Of a stretch of DNA of 64,000 nt, positions 49,872-61,138 are shown one piece after another (the first letter of the stretch is position 1; every line of letters begins with the position of its first letter). Origin of the DNA: an uncultured Spirochaetota bacterium. GTDB taxonomy: Bacteria > Spirochaetota > Spirochaetia > SZUA-6 > CAVTHK01. Made by a program: the position numbers and the translations under genes. The notes under the pieces are model-generated. The model saw only the letters and a list, made by a program, of their open reading frames with translations, ran no database searches and was not told the origin of the DNA. The DNA lies in the NCBI GenBank assembly GCA_963734495.1, contig CAVTHK010000013.1:448001-512000 (forward strand). The letters run 5' to 3'.

Positions 49872-50258
49872 ATGGTTCCCAAGGGGCTTTTGTACACAAA
49901 GGAGCACGAGTGGGTGCGCATCGAGGGCAAGGAGGCCGTGATCGGGATCACGGACCACGCCCAGGCCGAGCTCGGTGACATCACCTTTGTCGAGCTCCCC
50001 AAGGCGGGAGCGCAAATTTCGCAACTCAAGGTGTTCGGCACGATCGAGAGCGTGAAGGCAGCGAGCGACCTCTACGCGCCGGTGTCGGGCAAGGTCCTGG
50101 CGGTGAACCCCGGCCTCGAGAAGACCCCCGAGCTGGTGAACCAGTCGCCCTACGAAAAGGGGTGGCTGGTGCGCGTCGCGGTCTCAGACCCCGCGGAGAC
50201 GAAGAATTTGTTGTCGGCGGACCAGTACGCGGCCCTCGTCGAGGAGCCCAAGCCGTGA
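49872..50258 (+). CDS. gcvH: Glycine cleavage H protein
   Basis: YTKEHEW, GITDHAQ, ESVKAASD (lipoyl Lys). Confidence 0.96.
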   Translation: MVPKGLLYTKEHEWVRIEGKEAVIGITDHAQAELGDITFVELPKAGAQISQLKVFGTIESVKAASDLYAPVSGKVLAVNPGLEKTPELVNQSPYEKGWLVRVAVSDPAETKNLLSADQYAALVEEPKP

Positions 50259-51595
50259 GCTTCGTCTCGCACACCCCCGACGACGTGCGCGAGATGCTCG
50301 CGGCGATCGGGATCGCCTCGGGCGACGCCGGCGAGCTCTTCGCCGCCATCCCAAAGGACCTGCGGGCGCGCTCCTTCGACCTGCCGCCGGGCCGCTCGGA
50401 GCTCGAGGTCGAGAAGTACCTGCGAAATTTGGCGCGCCGCAACGTCACCGACCTCGTGAGCTTCCTGGGCGGCGGCTTCTACGACCACTTCATCCCGGCC
50501 GCCGTCGACGCGCTCGCATCGCGCAGCGAGTTCACCACCTCCTACACGCCGTACCAGCCCGAAGCCTCCCAGGGGACGCTGCAGGCGATCTACGAGTTCC
50601 AGAGCTGCATCTGCCGCCTCACCGGCATGGAGGTCGCCAACGCGTCGCTGTACGACGGGGGCACCGCGCTCTACGAGGCGGCGATGATGGCCGCCCGGAT
50701 CACCGGGAGGGGCCGCATCATCATGGACGGCGGCGTGAGCCCCATCTACCGGAAGATGATGCGCTCGTACACCACCAACCTCAATTTCGAGCTCGTCGAC
50801 ATCCCTGTCTCGCACGGCCACGCCAACCGCAAGGCGATCCGCGACGCCCTCGACGACCGCACCGCGGCGGTGATCCTCCAGAACCCGAACTTCTTCGGGG
50901 TCGTGGACAACCACTCCGACATCTCCGAGATGTGCCACGCGAAGGGCGCCCTCGTCGTCGAAAGCGTCTACCCGCTCTCCCTCGGCCTGCTGGCGACCCC
51001 CCGGGAGATGGGAGCGGACATCACCACAGGTGAAGGTCAGAGCCTCGGCATCCCTCTCTCGTTCGGCGGCCCGTACCTCGGGTTCATGGCGGCGCGCAGG
51101 GAGCACGTGCGCCGCATGCCCGGCCGCATCGCGGGCGCGACGGTGGACGCCGCCGGCCGCAGGGGCTTCGTGCTCACGCTGCAGACGAGGGAGCAGCACA
51201 TCCGGCGCGAGAAGGCGACCTCCAACATCTGCACCAACCACGCGCTGTGCGCGCTCCGCGCCCTCATCTTTATGAGTCTCTATGGGAAGGAAGGCCTTCG
51301 CGAGGTGGCTCAGCTGTGCCTCGACAAGGCGGAGTACGCCAAAGCCAAGCTGGCCGAGGTCCGCGGCGTCGAGGTCTCGAAGGAGCCGACGTTCAACGAG
51401 TTCACCGTGCGGCTGCCGAAGGACCCGAGCGAGGTCGTCGGCAAGCTCATCGACCGCGGCATCGCCGGCGGCTTCCCGCTCGGCCGCTACTACCCGGACA
51501 TCAAGGACACGCTGCTGGTGGCGGTCACCGAGAAGCGGACGAAGCAGGAGATCGGGATGTTCGCCGAAGCTCTGGAGGACGTGCTGTGGAACTGA
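50255..51595 (+). CDS. gcvPA: Glycine dehydrogenase subunit 1
   Basis: TSYTPYQPEASQG, NASLYDG, GGPYLG, REQHIRREKATSNICTN. Confidence 0.95.
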   Translation: MSFVSHTPDDVREMLAAIGIASGDAGELFAAIPKDLRARSFDLPPGRSELEVEKYLRNLARRNVTDLVSFLGGGFYDHFIPAAVDALASRSEFTTSYTPYQPEASQGTLQAIYEFQSCICRLTGMEVANASLYDGGTALYEAAMMAARITGRGRIIMDGGVSPIYRKMMRSYTTNLNFELVDIPVSHGHANRKAIRDALDDRTAAVILQNPNFFGVVDNHSDISEMCHAKGALVVESVYPLSLGLLATPREMGADITTGEGQSLGIPLSFGGPYLGFMAARREHVRRMPGRIAGATVDAAGRRGFVLTLQTREQHIRREKATSNICTNHALCALRALIFMSLYGKEGLREVAQLCLDKAEYAKAKLAEVRGVEVSKEPTFNEFTVRLPKDPSEVVGKLIDRGIAGGFPLGRYYPDIKDTLLVAVTEKRTKQEIGMFAEALEDVLWN

Positions 51596-53031
51596 TCTTC
51601 GAGACTTCCAGGCCCGGCCGCAGGGGAGTGACGCTTCCGGCGAGCGACGTGCCGGCTCGCGCGGCCCTCGACCAGCGGTACCTGCGAGCGGCGCCGGCGG
51701 AGCTGCCGAGCGTGAGCGAGCTCGACGTGGTCCGCCACTTTACGCGCCTCTCGCAGCGGAACTTCAGCGTCGACGCCAACTTCTACCCGCTCGGCTCCTG
51801 CACCATGAAGTACAACCCGAAATTCGCGGAGAAGATCGCCGGGCTCGAAGCGTTCACTTCGCTGCACCCGCTGCTGCCCCAGCTCAACATGGGAGGCACG
51901 CTGACGCAGGGCACGCTCGAGGTGATCCACTCGCTCGAGCAGGCGCTGTGCGAGATCTGCGGGATGGACGCGTTCACGACCCACCCGATGGCCGGCGCTC
52001 ACGGCGAGCTGACGGGCATCATGCTGATCGCCGCCTATCACAAGCACCACGGCAACAAGAAGCGCATCATCCTCATCCCCGACTCGGGCCACGGCACCAA
52101 CCCCGCGAGCGCCGCGATCGCCGGCTTCGAGGTCAGGGCGGTGCCGTCGGACAGCCGCGGATGCGTGGATTTCGAGGCGTTCAAGGCGGCGCTCAACGAC
52201 GATGTGGCCGGGATCATGCTCACCCAGCCGAACACGCTGGGGATCTTCGACCCGAACGTGCGGCGCGTCACCGACCTGATCCACGAGGCCGGCGGCCTCG
52301 CCTACTACGACGGCGCCAACCTGAACGCGATCCTGGGCCGGGCGCGGCCCGGCGACCTGGGCTTCGACGTGGTGCACGTCAACCTTCACAAGACCTTCGC
52401 CACTCCTCACGGCGGCGGCGGCCCGGGCGCCGGCCCCGTCGGCGTGAAGAAGGAGCTCGTGCCGTATCTCCCGATCTCGCGCGTGATCCGCCGTTCGGAC
52501 GGCACCTTCTACCTCCACTACGACGAGCCGCTCTCGATCGGCTACATTTCGCCCTTCTACGGCAACTTCCTCGTGCTGCTCAGGGCGTACGCCTACATCC
52601 TGCTGCTGGGCAGGGAGGGGCTGCTGCAGGTGAGCGAGGCGGCGGTGCTCGCCTCCAACTACGTGCTCGCGCGCCTCAAGGACTGCTACGACGTGCCGCA
52701 CCCCGGGCGGGTGATGCACGAGTTCGTGCTCTCGGCCTCGCGGCAGGCGGAGCGCGGCGTCAAGGCGCTCGACATCGCCAAGGCGCTCATCGACCGCGGG
52801 ATCCACCCGCCGACGGTCTACTTCCCGCTCATCGTCAAGGAAGCGCTCATGACCGAGCCGACCGAGACGGAGAGCAAGGAGACGCTTGACGGCTTCATCG
52901 CCGTGATGCGGGAGCTGGCCGAGCTCGCCGAGAGCGACCCGGAGCGCTTCCACCGCTTCCCCGAGACGACGCCGGTCGGCAGGCTCGACGAGGTCAAGGC
53001 GGCGCGCGACATGGACCTGGCGAAGCTATAG
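51586..53031 (+). CDS. gcvPB: Glycine dehydrogenase subunit 2
   Basis: PLGSCTMKYNP, HGTNPASA, YDGANLNA, NLHKTFATPHGGGGPG, EPTETES. Confidence 0.95.
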   Translation: MELIFETSRPGRRGVTLPASDVPARAALDQRYLRAAPAELPSVSELDVVRHFTRLSQRNFSVDANFYPLGSCTMKYNPKFAEKIAGLEAFTSLHPLLPQLNMGGTLTQGTLEVIHSLEQALCEICGMDAFTTHPMAGAHGELTGIMLIAAYHKHHGNKKRIILIPDSGHGTNPASAAIAGFEVRAVPSDSRGCVDFEAFKAALNDDVAGIMLTQPNTLGIFDPNVRRVTDLIHEAGGLAYYDGANLNAILGRARPGDLGFDVVHVNLHKTFATPHGGGGPGAGPVGVKKELVPYLPISRVIRRSDGTFYLHYDEPLSIGYISPFYGNFLVLLRAYAYILLLGREGLLQVSEAAVLASNYVLARLKDCYDVPHPGRVMHEFVLSASRQAERGVKALDIAKALIDRGIHPPTVYFPLIVKEALMTEPTETESKETLDGFIAVMRELAELAESDPERFHRFPETTPVGRLDEVKAARDMDLAKL

Positions 53032-53745
53032 GGCCGCCGGGCCAGGCAGCGCCTGCACCAGCGCGTCCCAGACCGGGTCGGGCGGAGGCGCGGCCGTTAT
53101 CGAGACGGGCTCTCCGCTGACGGGGTGCGCAAAGGCGACGCTGCGTGCGTGCAGATGGATCCCGCCGCCGGGGTTCGATCGGCGCGCCCCGTACTTCAGG
53201 TCGCCCTTGATCGGGCAGCCTATGACCTGGAGCTGCGTGCGGATCTGGTGGTGACGGCCCGTGTCCATCTCGATCTCGAGGAGATGGTAGCGGTCGGAGG
53301 ATGCAAGGAGCCGATACCGCAGCCTTGCCTCGAGCGCGCCCGGGCGCGGCTGATCGTACGCGAACGACTTGTTCTTTTCGGCGTTCCTCACGAGGTAGTG
53401 CACGAGCTCGCCTGTGGCCGCTGGAGGCGGGTTCGACACGGCGGCCCAGTAGACCTTGCGGACCTCGCGGCCGCGGAAGGCGGCGTTCATGCGCGCCAGG
53501 GCCTTGCCGGTCCGGGCGAAGAGCACGACCCCGCTCGTCGGCCGATCGAGGCGGTGGATCACGCCGACAAAGGCGTTGCCGGGCTTACCGTGCTTTTCCT
53601 TGAGCCAGGCGGCCACGCGGTCGGCCAGCGGACGGTCTCCGGTCTTGTCGCCCTGCACGATCTCGCCGCAGGCCTTGTTCACCGCGATGAGATGGTTGTC
53701 CTCGTAGAGCACCGGCAGGGGGGCCGCGGCCGGCGAATCAGCCAC
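53026..53745 (-). CDS. RluA family pseudouridine synthase
   Basis: LYEDNHLIAVNK, HRLDRPTSG, TGRHHQIR, GDLKYG. Confidence 0.92.
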   Translation of the reverse strand: MADSPAAAPLPVLYEDNHLIAVNKACGEIVQGDKTGDRPLADRVAAWLKEKHGKPGNAFVGVIHRLDRPTSGVVLFARTGKALARMNAAFRGREVRKVYWAAVSNPPPAATGELVHYLVRNAEKNKSFAYDQPRPGALEARLRYRLLASSDRYHLLEIEMDTGRHHQIRTQLQVIGCPIKGDLKYGARRSNPGGGIHLHARSVAFAHPVSGEPVSITAAPPPDPVWDALVQALPGPAAL

Positions 53746-54388
53746 GGGGCTTCTCCGCCAGCACGAAGTAGTGGCAGCCTCTCCAGTCCGAGCCGATCTC
53801 CTCCTTGTGATAGAAGAGGCGCAGGGCGAAGTCCCGCATCAGGTCCCTGACGTCGGCCTCGGCGAGGTAAATGTGCGGGACCCCCGCCTCGGCGCCCTCC
53901 GTCTTGACCACCATGTTGGCGGCGATCCGCCGTAATCGCGGATCGCGGAGCTGCGGGCTCGCCGCCGAGTTGAAGGTCACGAACGCCTCGCCGCCCGGGG
54001 CGAGCACCCGCCGGATTTCCGAGATGATGCGCTCGAGGCCGCGGCGGTCCGTGTGATAGATCACGTGGAAGGCGATGAGACAGTCGAAGGCGGCGTCCGG
54101 GTACGGCAGCGCGTGCATGTCGCCGTGACGCACCGTGACGGCCAGCCGCTCGGCGCGGGCGCGCGACTCGACCTCGCAGACCGCGTCGGGCGAGAGGTCG
54201 TACGCATCGACGGCGAGCCCCCAGCGTGCGAAGAGCAGCGAGTGGCGGCCGAGCCCGCAGCCCAGATCGAGCACTCGTGCCCGCCGGTCGCGCGTCCAGC
54301 GGTGCGCCAGGTACCAGCCTTCCTCGGCCGGCTCCTCCCACATCGCGCGCTCGTCGACCGCCGCCCAGTTCCAGCTGACAGGCTCCAT
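53738..54388 (-). CDS. Class I SAM-dependent methyltransferase
   Basis: VLDLGCGLGRH, GDMHALPY, IRRVLAPGG. Confidence 0.9.
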   Translation of the reverse strand: MEPVSWNWAAVDERAMWEEPAEEGWYLAHRWTRDRRARVLDLGCGLGRHSLLFARWGLAVDAYDLSPDAVCEVESRARAERLAVTVRHGDMHALPYPDAAFDCLIAFHVIYHTDRRGLERIISEIRRVLAPGGEAFVTFNSAASPQLRDPRLRRIAANMVVKTEGAEAGVPHIYLAEADVRDLMRDFALRLFYHKEEIGSDWRGCHYFVLAEKPRG

Positions 54389-54411
54389 GCGCCCCTCCGC
54401 TGCCGCGACAC

Positions 54412-54440
54412 TTGTTCGGGCCGCGACTCCGCTCTATAAT
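54412..54440 (+). promoter_or_regulatory. Candidate sigma70 promoter of the glycosyltransferase operon
   Basis: TTGTTC-17 nt-TATAAT. Confidence 0.5.
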
Positions 54441-54466
54441 GCGCCGCGCGTCAGCGACGCGCGCAC

Positions 54467-55558
54467 ATGCGATTGTTGTTTGTCATCCAGGGCGAAGGCC
54501 GGGGCCACCTGACGCAGGCCATCGCCCTCGCGGACATGCTCAGAAAGCACGGCCACACCGTGGTCGAGGCGCTCGTCGGCCGCGGCGCGTCGCGCGAGAT
54601 CCCCGCGTTTTTCACGGAGCGCATCGCGTGCCCGGTGCGGAGCTTCCCGAGCCCGAACTTCATCGTGGCCAACAACCGCCGCATCCTCGTCGCCCGATCG
54701 GTGGTGTACAACTTCGCGAAGACGCTTGTCTATCTGCAGAGCCTCGCTTTTCTGCGGCGCCGGATCCGCGCGCTCGCGCCCGACCTGGTGGTCAGCTTCT
54801 ACGAGCCCCTGTGCGGATGGGCGTGCAGCCTGCGGCTGCGGGCCGTGCCCTACGTCACGCTTGCTCACCAGTACCTCCTCCTGCATCCCGCGTTCGTGTT
54901 CCCTCCGCGGAGCCTCATGCACAGGCTCGGCGTCAACCTCTTTACGGCCGCGTTCTCGCTCCGCGCCCGCCGGAAGCTCGCTCTCTCCTTTGTCCGGATG
55001 CCCGACCGGCCGGGACGCAGGCTCTTCGTCGTGCCGCCGCTGCTGCGCGCCAGGGTCAGGGAGCTCGAGCCGACCGAAGGCGGCCACATCCTCGGCTACA
55101 TGCTGAACCCCGGCTACAGCCGAGAGATCATCGCGTGGCACATCAGGAACCCGGAGATCGAGACGCACGTGTTCTGGGACATGCGCGACGCGCCCGAGGA
55201 TCTCGAGGTGCGGCCGGGCCTGACCTTTCACCGCATCCACGACGAAAAGTTCCTCGCGCTCATGGCGAGCTGCCGCGGCTTCGCGGGCACCGCCGGGTTC
55301 GAAAGCGTGTGCGAGGCCCTCTACCTGGGCAAGCCCGCGCTCCTGGTGCCCACCGGGGGGCACTTCGAGCAGCGGTGCAACGCCCTCGACGCCTGGCGCG
55401 CGGGCGCCGGGGTCACCGCCGAATCCTTCGACCTGGACCGGCTTCTCGCCTTCATACCGCTGTACGATTCCGCCGACCGGGGCTTCCGCTGCTGGGCCGA
55501 CCGGGCGGAGGAGCTCTTCCTGCGCCACGTGGAGCAGGCGGCCCGGAGGCGGGCATGA
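54467..55558 (+). CDS. GT-B glycosyltransferase (MJ1255/VC2487-like)
   Basis: QGEGRGHLTQ, SFYEP, TAGFESVCEALYLGKP, HFEQRCNA. Confidence 0.85.
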   Translation: MRLLFVIQGEGRGHLTQAIALADMLRKHGHTVVEALVGRGASREIPAFFTERIACPVRSFPSPNFIVANNRRILVARSVVYNFAKTLVYLQSLAFLRRRIRALAPDLVVSFYEPLCGWACSLRLRAVPYVTLAHQYLLLHPAFVFPPRSLMHRLGVNLFTAAFSLRARRKLALSFVRMPDRPGRRLFVVPPLLRARVRELEPTEGGHILGYMLNPGYSREIIAWHIRNPEIETHVFWDMRDAPEDLEVRPGLTFHRIHDEKFLALMASCRGFAGTAGFESVCEALYLGKPALLVPTGGHFEQRCNALDAWRAGAGVTAESFDLDRLLAFIPLYDSADRGFRCWADRAEELFLRHVEQAARRRA

Positions 55559-56595
55559 GCGACACCTTGGATCGCGTCGAGCCGCGGCTCCTCTTCGAGC
55601 GCCGCGAGCTTCTGGGTGTGGCGCTCGACCCGCCCGACACGAAGCCGGGCTCCTGGATCGGCGCCGGAAAGATCCTGCGCGACCCCGAGGGCGGAGGCTT
55701 TCTCCTCTCGGCCAGGCCCCGGGTCGCCGCCGGAAAGGCGCGCGGCTACGCGGCCAACATATACCGGTCCAAGGACGACCTTCGCTTCGAGCAGGTCGGC
55801 GGGGTGAGCAAGGAAGAAGCGATCCGGGCGAGCGGAGCAGAGATCCACAGCATCGAGGGCACGCAGCTCCTGCGCGACCCCGCGACGGGCCGCTGGCACT
55901 TCTACCTCTCCGTCGACACCGGAGGCGACTTCATCTGGGGCGGCCTCCAGTGGGAGACTCTGCTGCTCGTGGCGCCCTCCCTCGCCGGCCCGTGGGAATC
56001 CCGGGGCCTCGTGTTGAGACACGACCAGTCCTACGACGCCAACCAGTCGCGGGACTCCAGCATCGACATCATCGACGGCCGGTGGGTCTGCGTGTACAAG
56101 GCGATGAACGCCGGGCGCGAAGTGCGGCCCGCGCTCGCCACCAGCGCCGACGGAATCTCCTGGCGCAAGCACGGACCGCTTACGGTCGACGGCCGCGATC
56201 ACCTCGGGTTCCTCAGCGGCACGACGTTCGCCCGCGGCGACGGCCTGCTGTTCGTCGGGCTCGAATCGAGCCTCGAGGATTACCGCAGGCGGGACCCCGA
56301 AGTCGTGTATGCCGACGAGCACGGCGTCGGCCACGGGAGCAGCGACACGTTCGGCGTCGCCTACGCGCTGGACCTCGAGCGTCGCGATCTCACCCCGCTC
56401 CATCGCGCCTTCTGGGAGTCCCGCTCCGAGTACGAGCACGAGCGCTACCCGCTGCTCGGCTACTCGAGCGCGCTCTTCGACCCGGAGGGCGGCCGCTTCC
56501 TGATCTGCGTGGAGGCCATCGACGGCCGCCTCACCCGCCGGATCGGGCTCAACGAGACGGTCGAGCGGCTGCTCGTGTACCAGACGCGGCTCTGA
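55555..56595 (+). CDS. Hypothetical five-bladed propeller glycoside-hydrolase-like protein
   Basis: WIGAG, SIEG, SRDSSID, ATSADGISWRKHG (Asp-box-like). Confidence 0.55.
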   Translation: MSDTLDRVEPRLLFERRELLGVALDPPDTKPGSWIGAGKILRDPEGGGFLLSARPRVAAGKARGYAANIYRSKDDLRFEQVGGVSKEEAIRASGAEIHSIEGTQLLRDPATGRWHFYLSVDTGGDFIWGGLQWETLLLVAPSLAGPWESRGLVLRHDQSYDANQSRDSSIDIIDGRWVCVYKAMNAGREVRPALATSADGISWRKHGPLTVDGRDHLGFLSGTTFARGDGLLFVGLESSLEDYRRRDPEVVYADEHGVGHGSSDTFGVAYALDLERRDLTPLHRAFWESRSEYEHERYPLLGYSSALFDPEGGRFLICVEAIDGRLTRRIGLNETVERLLVYQTRL

Positions 56596-56620
56596 CAAAA
56601 AACGCAGGAGGAGGATCCGC

Positions 56621-59083
56621 ATGGGCCACGCATTCAACGCCGCCTACGACGGCGCGAACCTGGCGCGCGTCGCGTTCCCGCTCGGCGGGATCGGCACCGG
56701 CATGGTCTGCTTCGAGGGCGCGGGCGGGCTCTCGCACCTGTCGGTGCGCCACCGTCCGGAGATCTACAACGAGCCGCTCGCGTTCGCTGCCGTCCGCGTC
56801 GCGGGCCGCGGCGCGCGCGTGCTGGAGGGGCCCGTCCCCGAGTGGAAGCTCTTCTTCCCGTGGGACGGCACGCACCGCGGGAGCTCCGGCAACGGCGGCG
56901 GCGGCCGCACGTACGGCCTCCCGCGCTACGGCTCGGCCCGCTTCGAGCCCCGCTTCCCGTTCGCGCGCCTCGAGCTGCGGGAGCCCGGGTGGCCCGACGC
57001 GACGATCACCGCGTGGAGCCCCTTCACCCCGCCCGACGGCGACAGCTCCAGCCTTCCCGTCGCGGCGATCGAGTACGAGCTCGCGAACTCCGGCGACGCG
57101 GCGATCGACGTGACCTTCTCGTACCACGCCCGCAACTTCATGGCCGTGGTGCAGCCCGACATCCCCGCCCCCGTCGTCGCCAGCGGCTCCTCGGTCACCG
57201 CGATCCCCGGCGGCTTCGTGCTGCGCCAGGCGGGCTCGGCCGCGCGGCCGTGGGACGAAGGCGCGTTCGCGATCTACGCGCCTTTCGACGGCGCGCGCTC
57301 CTCGTGCGCGTGGTTCCGGGGCGGATGGTTCGACCCGCTCACCATTCTCTGGAAGGAAATAGAAGAAGGCGGCCCTCGGGCTGCGGAGCCGCCTCACGAG
57401 GGCGACCCGAGCCCCGGCGGAAGCCTCGCCACCGATTTCCGCCTCGAGCCGGGAGCACGCAGGAGAGTGCGGCTGCTGCTGTGCTGGTACGTTCCCGGCT
57501 CGGACCTCCGGTCCGGACGCGGCGTGGACGACGATGCGCATCCGCCCGGCACATACACGCCCTGGTATGCCGCCCGATTCCCCGGCCTCGAGGCCGTGGC
57601 CGAAGAGTGGCGCCGCCGCTACGACGAGCTGCGAACCGCGAGCCTGCGCTTCTCCGAGGCCTTCTACGACACCACTCTCCCGCCCGCGGTGGTCGAAGCC
57701 GTGGCCGCGAACCTCACGATCCTCAAGTCGCCGACCGTGCTCCGCCAGGCCGACGGCAGGATCTGGGGCTGGGAAGGCTGCTGCGACACCGAAGGCTGCT
57801 GCCCCGGAAGCTGCACCCACGTGTGGAACTACGCGCAGGCGATGCCGCACCTGTTCCCGGCGCTCGAGCGTACGCTGCGGGAGACGGAGCTGCACGAGGC
57901 GCAGAGCCCCGACGGGCGCCAGGCGTTCCGCGCGCCGCTGCCGATCCGGCAGGTCCTGCACGACATGGTCCCTGCTTCGGACGGGCAGCTCGGCGGCATC
58001 CTCAAGGTCTACCGCGACTGGCGCATCAGCGGCGACACCGAATGGTTGAAGCACCGGTGGCCGCTCGTCAAACGCAGCCTCGACTACTGCATCGGCGCCT
58101 GGGACCCCGACCGGAAGGGCCTGCTCGTCGAGCCGCACCACAACACGTACGACATCGACTTCTGGGGACCCGACGGCATGTGCGGCAGCTTCTACCTCGG
58201 CGCGCTCAAGGCCGCGGCCCTCATGGGGCGCGCGCTCGGCGAGGACGTGAGGGAATATGCGCGGCTGTACGATGCCGGGAGGAAGGCGCTCGAGAGCGAT
58301 CTCTACGACGGCGAGTACTTCGTGCAGGACGTACGCTGGCGGGACGCTCAGGCCGGCAGCCCCGCCGCGTACCGCACGCATCGGGGCACGGGGTACGGCT
58401 CGCGCGAGTCGCTGGAGCTGCTCGAAAAGGAGGGCCCCAAGTACCAGTACGGCGCCGGCTGCCTCTCGGACGGAGTGCTCGGAGCCTGGATGGCCGAAGT
58501 CTGCGGCGTCGGCGAGATCCTCGATCCCGCCAAGGTCGCGAGCCACCTGCGTTCGGTCTTCACTTACAATTTCCGGCCCGACCTGCGCGAGCACGCCAAC
58601 CCGCAGCGGCCGACCTACGCGGTCGGAGCCGAGGGCGGCCTGCTGCTCGGCACCTGGCCGAAGGGAGGGGAGCCGACGCTGCCCTTTCCCTACAGCAACG
58701 AAGTCTGGACGGGCATCGAGTACCAGGCCGCGTCTCACCTCATGATGATGGGGCGGGCGGACGAAGGGCTCCGCATCGTCGAGGCGGTGCGCGCGCGCTA
58801 CGACGGACGGACCCGCAACCCCTTCAATGAGTACGAGTGCGGCCACTGGTATGCGCGGGCGATGGCATCCTACGCGCTGATCCAGGGGCTCGCGGGGGCA
58901 CGCTACGACGCCGTCGACCGCACGCTCACGCTGGCCCCGAAGATCGCCGGCGACTGGAGGGCGTTCCTCGCTACGGCGACGGGCTACGGCACAGTCGGCG
59001 TGCGAAGCGGCAAGCCGTTCGTCGATGTGCGATCGGGGAAGATCGACGTCGCGAAGGTGGACTACCGGCCGTTGGCGCTCTGA
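56621..59083 (+). CDS. GH116 beta-glucosidase / glucosylceramidase family protein
   Basis: [58 protein letters not shown]. Confidence 0.92.
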   Translation: MGHAFNAAYDGANLARVAFPLGGIGTGMVCFEGAGGLSHLSVRHRPEIYNEPLAFAAVRVAGRGARVLEGPVPEWKLFFPWDGTHRGSSGNGGGGRTYGLPRYGSARFEPRFPFARLELREPGWPDATITAWSPFTPPDGDSSSLPVAAIEYELANSGDAAIDVTFSYHARNFMAVVQPDIPAPVVASGSSVTAIPGGFVLRQAGSAARPWDEGAFAIYAPFDGARSSCAWFRGGWFDPLTILWKEIEEGGPRAAEPPHEGDPSPGGSLATDFRLEPGARRRVRLLLCWYVPGSDLRSGRGVDDDAHPPGTYTPWYAARFPGLEAVAEEWRRRYDELRTASLRFSEAFYDTTLPPAVVEAVAANLTILKSPTVLRQADGRIWGWEGCCDTEGCCPGSCTHVWNYAQAMPHLFPALERTLRETELHEAQSPDGRQAFRAPLPIRQVLHDMVPASDGQLGGILKVYRDWRISGDTEWLKHRWPLVKRSLDYCIGAWDPDRKGLLVEPHHNTYDIDFWGPDGMCGSFYLGALKAAALMGRALGEDVREYARLYDAGRKALESDLYDGEYFVQDVRWRDAQAGSPAAYRTHRGTGYGSRESLELLEKEGPKYQYGAGCLSDGVLGAWMAEVCGVGEILDPAKVASHLRSVFTYNFRPDLREHANPQRPTYAVGAEGGLLLGTWPKGGEPTLPFPYSNEVWTGIEYQAASHLMMMGRADEGLRIVEAVRARYDGRTRNPFNEYECGHWYARAMASYALIQGLAGARYDAVDRTLTLAPKIAGDWRAFLATATGYGTVGVRSGKPFVDVRSGKIDVAKVDYRPLAL

Positions 59084-60087
59084 GCCGCGAGGCGCTCAGC
59101 GGCAAAGTGGCAGGCGGCCTGGTGACCCGGGGCGTAGTCCGCGAGCGCGGGCGCCTCGGCGCGGCAGATGTCGCGGACGTAGGGGCACCTCGGGTGGAAG
59201 TAGCAGCCCGACGGCGGGTTGGCGGGGCTCGGCACGTCGCCTTCGAGGACGATCTCCTTGCGCGTCGCATCCGGGTCGGGGATGGGGATCGCCGAGAGCA
59301 GCGCTTCCGTGTAGGGGTGCAGCGGCCTCTCGTGGAGCTCGTCCGAGGGCGCACACTCGACGATCTTGCCGAGGTACATGACGGCGATGCGGTGGCTCAC
59401 GTGCTTGACGACGCTCAGGTCGTGGGCCACGAACAGAAAGGTGAGCCCGAGGTTCGCCTGCAGGTCCTGCAGCAGGTTGATCACCTGCGCCTGGATCGAC
59501 ACGTCGAGCGCCGATACCGGCTCGTCGCAGATGATGAGCTTGGGGTCGAGCGCCAGCGCGCGGGCGATGCCGATGCGCTGCCTCTGGCCGCCGCTGAACT
59601 CGTGGGGATAGCGGCGCATGTACTCGGCGGTGAGGCCGACCGACTCGAGCAGGGAGGCGACCTTCGCCTCCCGTGCCTTGCGGCTCTTCATCCCGTAGAC
59701 CGCCAGAGGCTCGCCGATGATGTCGCCCACGAGCATGCGCGGGTTCAGCGACGATTGGGGGTCCTGGAAGACGATCTGCATGCCGCGGCGGATCTCCTTC
59801 ATCCCGCGCTCATCGAGCGTCGCGATGTCGACAGGCACGCCGTTGTGCCGGTAGATCACGTGCCCCGCCGTCGGCTCCAGCAGCCGCACCATCGTGCGGG
59901 CGGCGGTCGTCTTGCCGCAGCCGCTCTCGCCCACGAGGCCGAGCGTCTCGCCCTGGACCAGGTCGATGTCGATCCCGTCGACCGCCTTGACGGCGCCGAC
60001 GACGCGGCGGAACGCGCCGTGCGTGATCGGGAAGTGCTTCTTGAGACCCCTCACCTGCAGCAGGACAGTCTGATCTTCCAACTTCAC
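59062..60087 (-). CDS. Dpp/Opp ABC ATP-binding subunit (F-type)
   Basis: [29 protein letters not shown]-terminal Cys cluster. Confidence 0.93.
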   Translation of the reverse strand: MKLEDQTVLLQVRGLKKHFPITHGAFRRVVGAVKAVDGIDIDLVQGETLGLVGESGCGKTTAARTMVRLLEPTAGHVIYRHNGVPVDIATLDERGMKEIRRGMQIVFQDPQSSLNPRMLVGDIIGEPLAVYGMKSRKAREAKVASLLESVGLTAEYMRRYPHEFSGGQRQRIGIARALALDPKLIICDEPVSALDVSIQAQVINLLQDLQANLGLTFLFVAHDLSVVKHVSHRIAVMYLGKIVECAPSDELHERPLHPYTEALLSAIPIPDPDATRKEIVLEGDVPSPANPPSGCYFHPRCPYVRDICRAEAPALADYAPGHQAACHFAAERLAAQSANGR

Positions 60088-61136
60088 TTCCCCCGCGCGC
60101 CGCTGCCCTCGGCGAGCCAGCACCTGGCCGTGTGACCGTCCCGCACCGGAAGCTCCGGCGGCATGGTCGCGCACTTGTCGAACACCATCGGACACCGCTT
60201 GGCGAACCCGCACCCCGGCGGCAGTTCGTAGGGAGTCGGAACAACGCCCTGGATGGCCACGAGGCGCTTTTTCTGGTCGAGCCGCGGGATCGAGTTCAGC
60301 AGCCCCTTCGTGTACGGGTGAACGGGCCGGTGGAAGATGTCCCGCACGGCTCCGCGCTCGACGATCTTGCCGAGATACATGACCACGACTTCGTGGGCCA
60401 TCTTCGCGATCACGCCGAGGTCGTGCGTAATAACCATGATGGACATGCCCATCTCGTCCTGCAGCGAGCGCATCAGGCGCAGGATCTGCGCCTGAACCGT
60501 GACGTCGAGGGCAGTGGTCGGCTCGTCGGCGATCAGGAGGTTGGGCCGGCAGCTCAGGGCCATCGCGATGACCGCGCGCTGCCTCATGCCGCCGCTCAGC
60601 TGGAACGGGTACTCGTCGACGCGCTGCTGCGGCGCCGGAATGCCCACCTTGGTGAGCATCTCGATCGCGAGCTCACGCGCCTCGAGCTTGTCCACCTGCC
60701 GGTGCAGCAGGACCGCCTCGGCGATCTGGGCGCCGATCGTGAGCACGGGGTTGAGCGCGCTCATCGGCTCCTGGAAGATCATGGCGATGCGGTTGCCGCG
60801 CATGCCGGTCATCTCGCGGCTGTCGGGCGCGAGCGTCGTGAGGTCCACCGGAGTGCCGCCGTCGGGGTAGTAAAGGATCTTTCCGCCCGCGTCGCGGCCG
60901 GGCCGCGGCACCAGGCGCATGATCGAGAGCGCCGTGATGCTCTTGCCGCACCCGCTCTCGCCCACCACGCCGAGCACCTTGCCCTTCTCGATGCGGAAGC
61001 TCACGCCGTCGACCGCCTTGACGACGCCGTCCTCGGTGTGGAAGTGCGTCTTGAGGTCGACGACGTCGAGGATGGTGCCGTTGCCCGACCCGGCGACGGC
61101 CCCGAGGGATTCGCCCGTTACCCCGCTTGCCGTCAT
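60084..61136 (-). CDS. Dpp/Opp ABC ATP-binding subunit (D-type)
   Basis: [33 protein letters not shown]. Confidence 0.93.
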   Translation of the reverse strand: MTASGVTGESLGAVAGSGNGTILDVVDLKTHFHTEDGVVKAVDGVSFRIEKGKVLGVVGESGCGKSITALSIMRLVPRPGRDAGGKILYYPDGGTPVDLTTLAPDSREMTGMRGNRIAMIFQEPMSALNPVLTIGAQIAEAVLLHRQVDKLEARELAIEMLTKVGIPAPQQRVDEYPFQLSGGMRQRAVIAMALSCRPNLLIADEPTTALDVTVQAQILRLMRSLQDEMGMSIMVITHDLGVIAKMAHEVVVMYLGKIVERGAVRDIFHRPVHPYTKGLLNSIPRLDQKKRLVAIQGVVPTPYELPPGCGFAKRCPMVFDKCATMPPELPVRDGHTARCWLAEGSGARGK

Positions 61137-61138
61137 GG

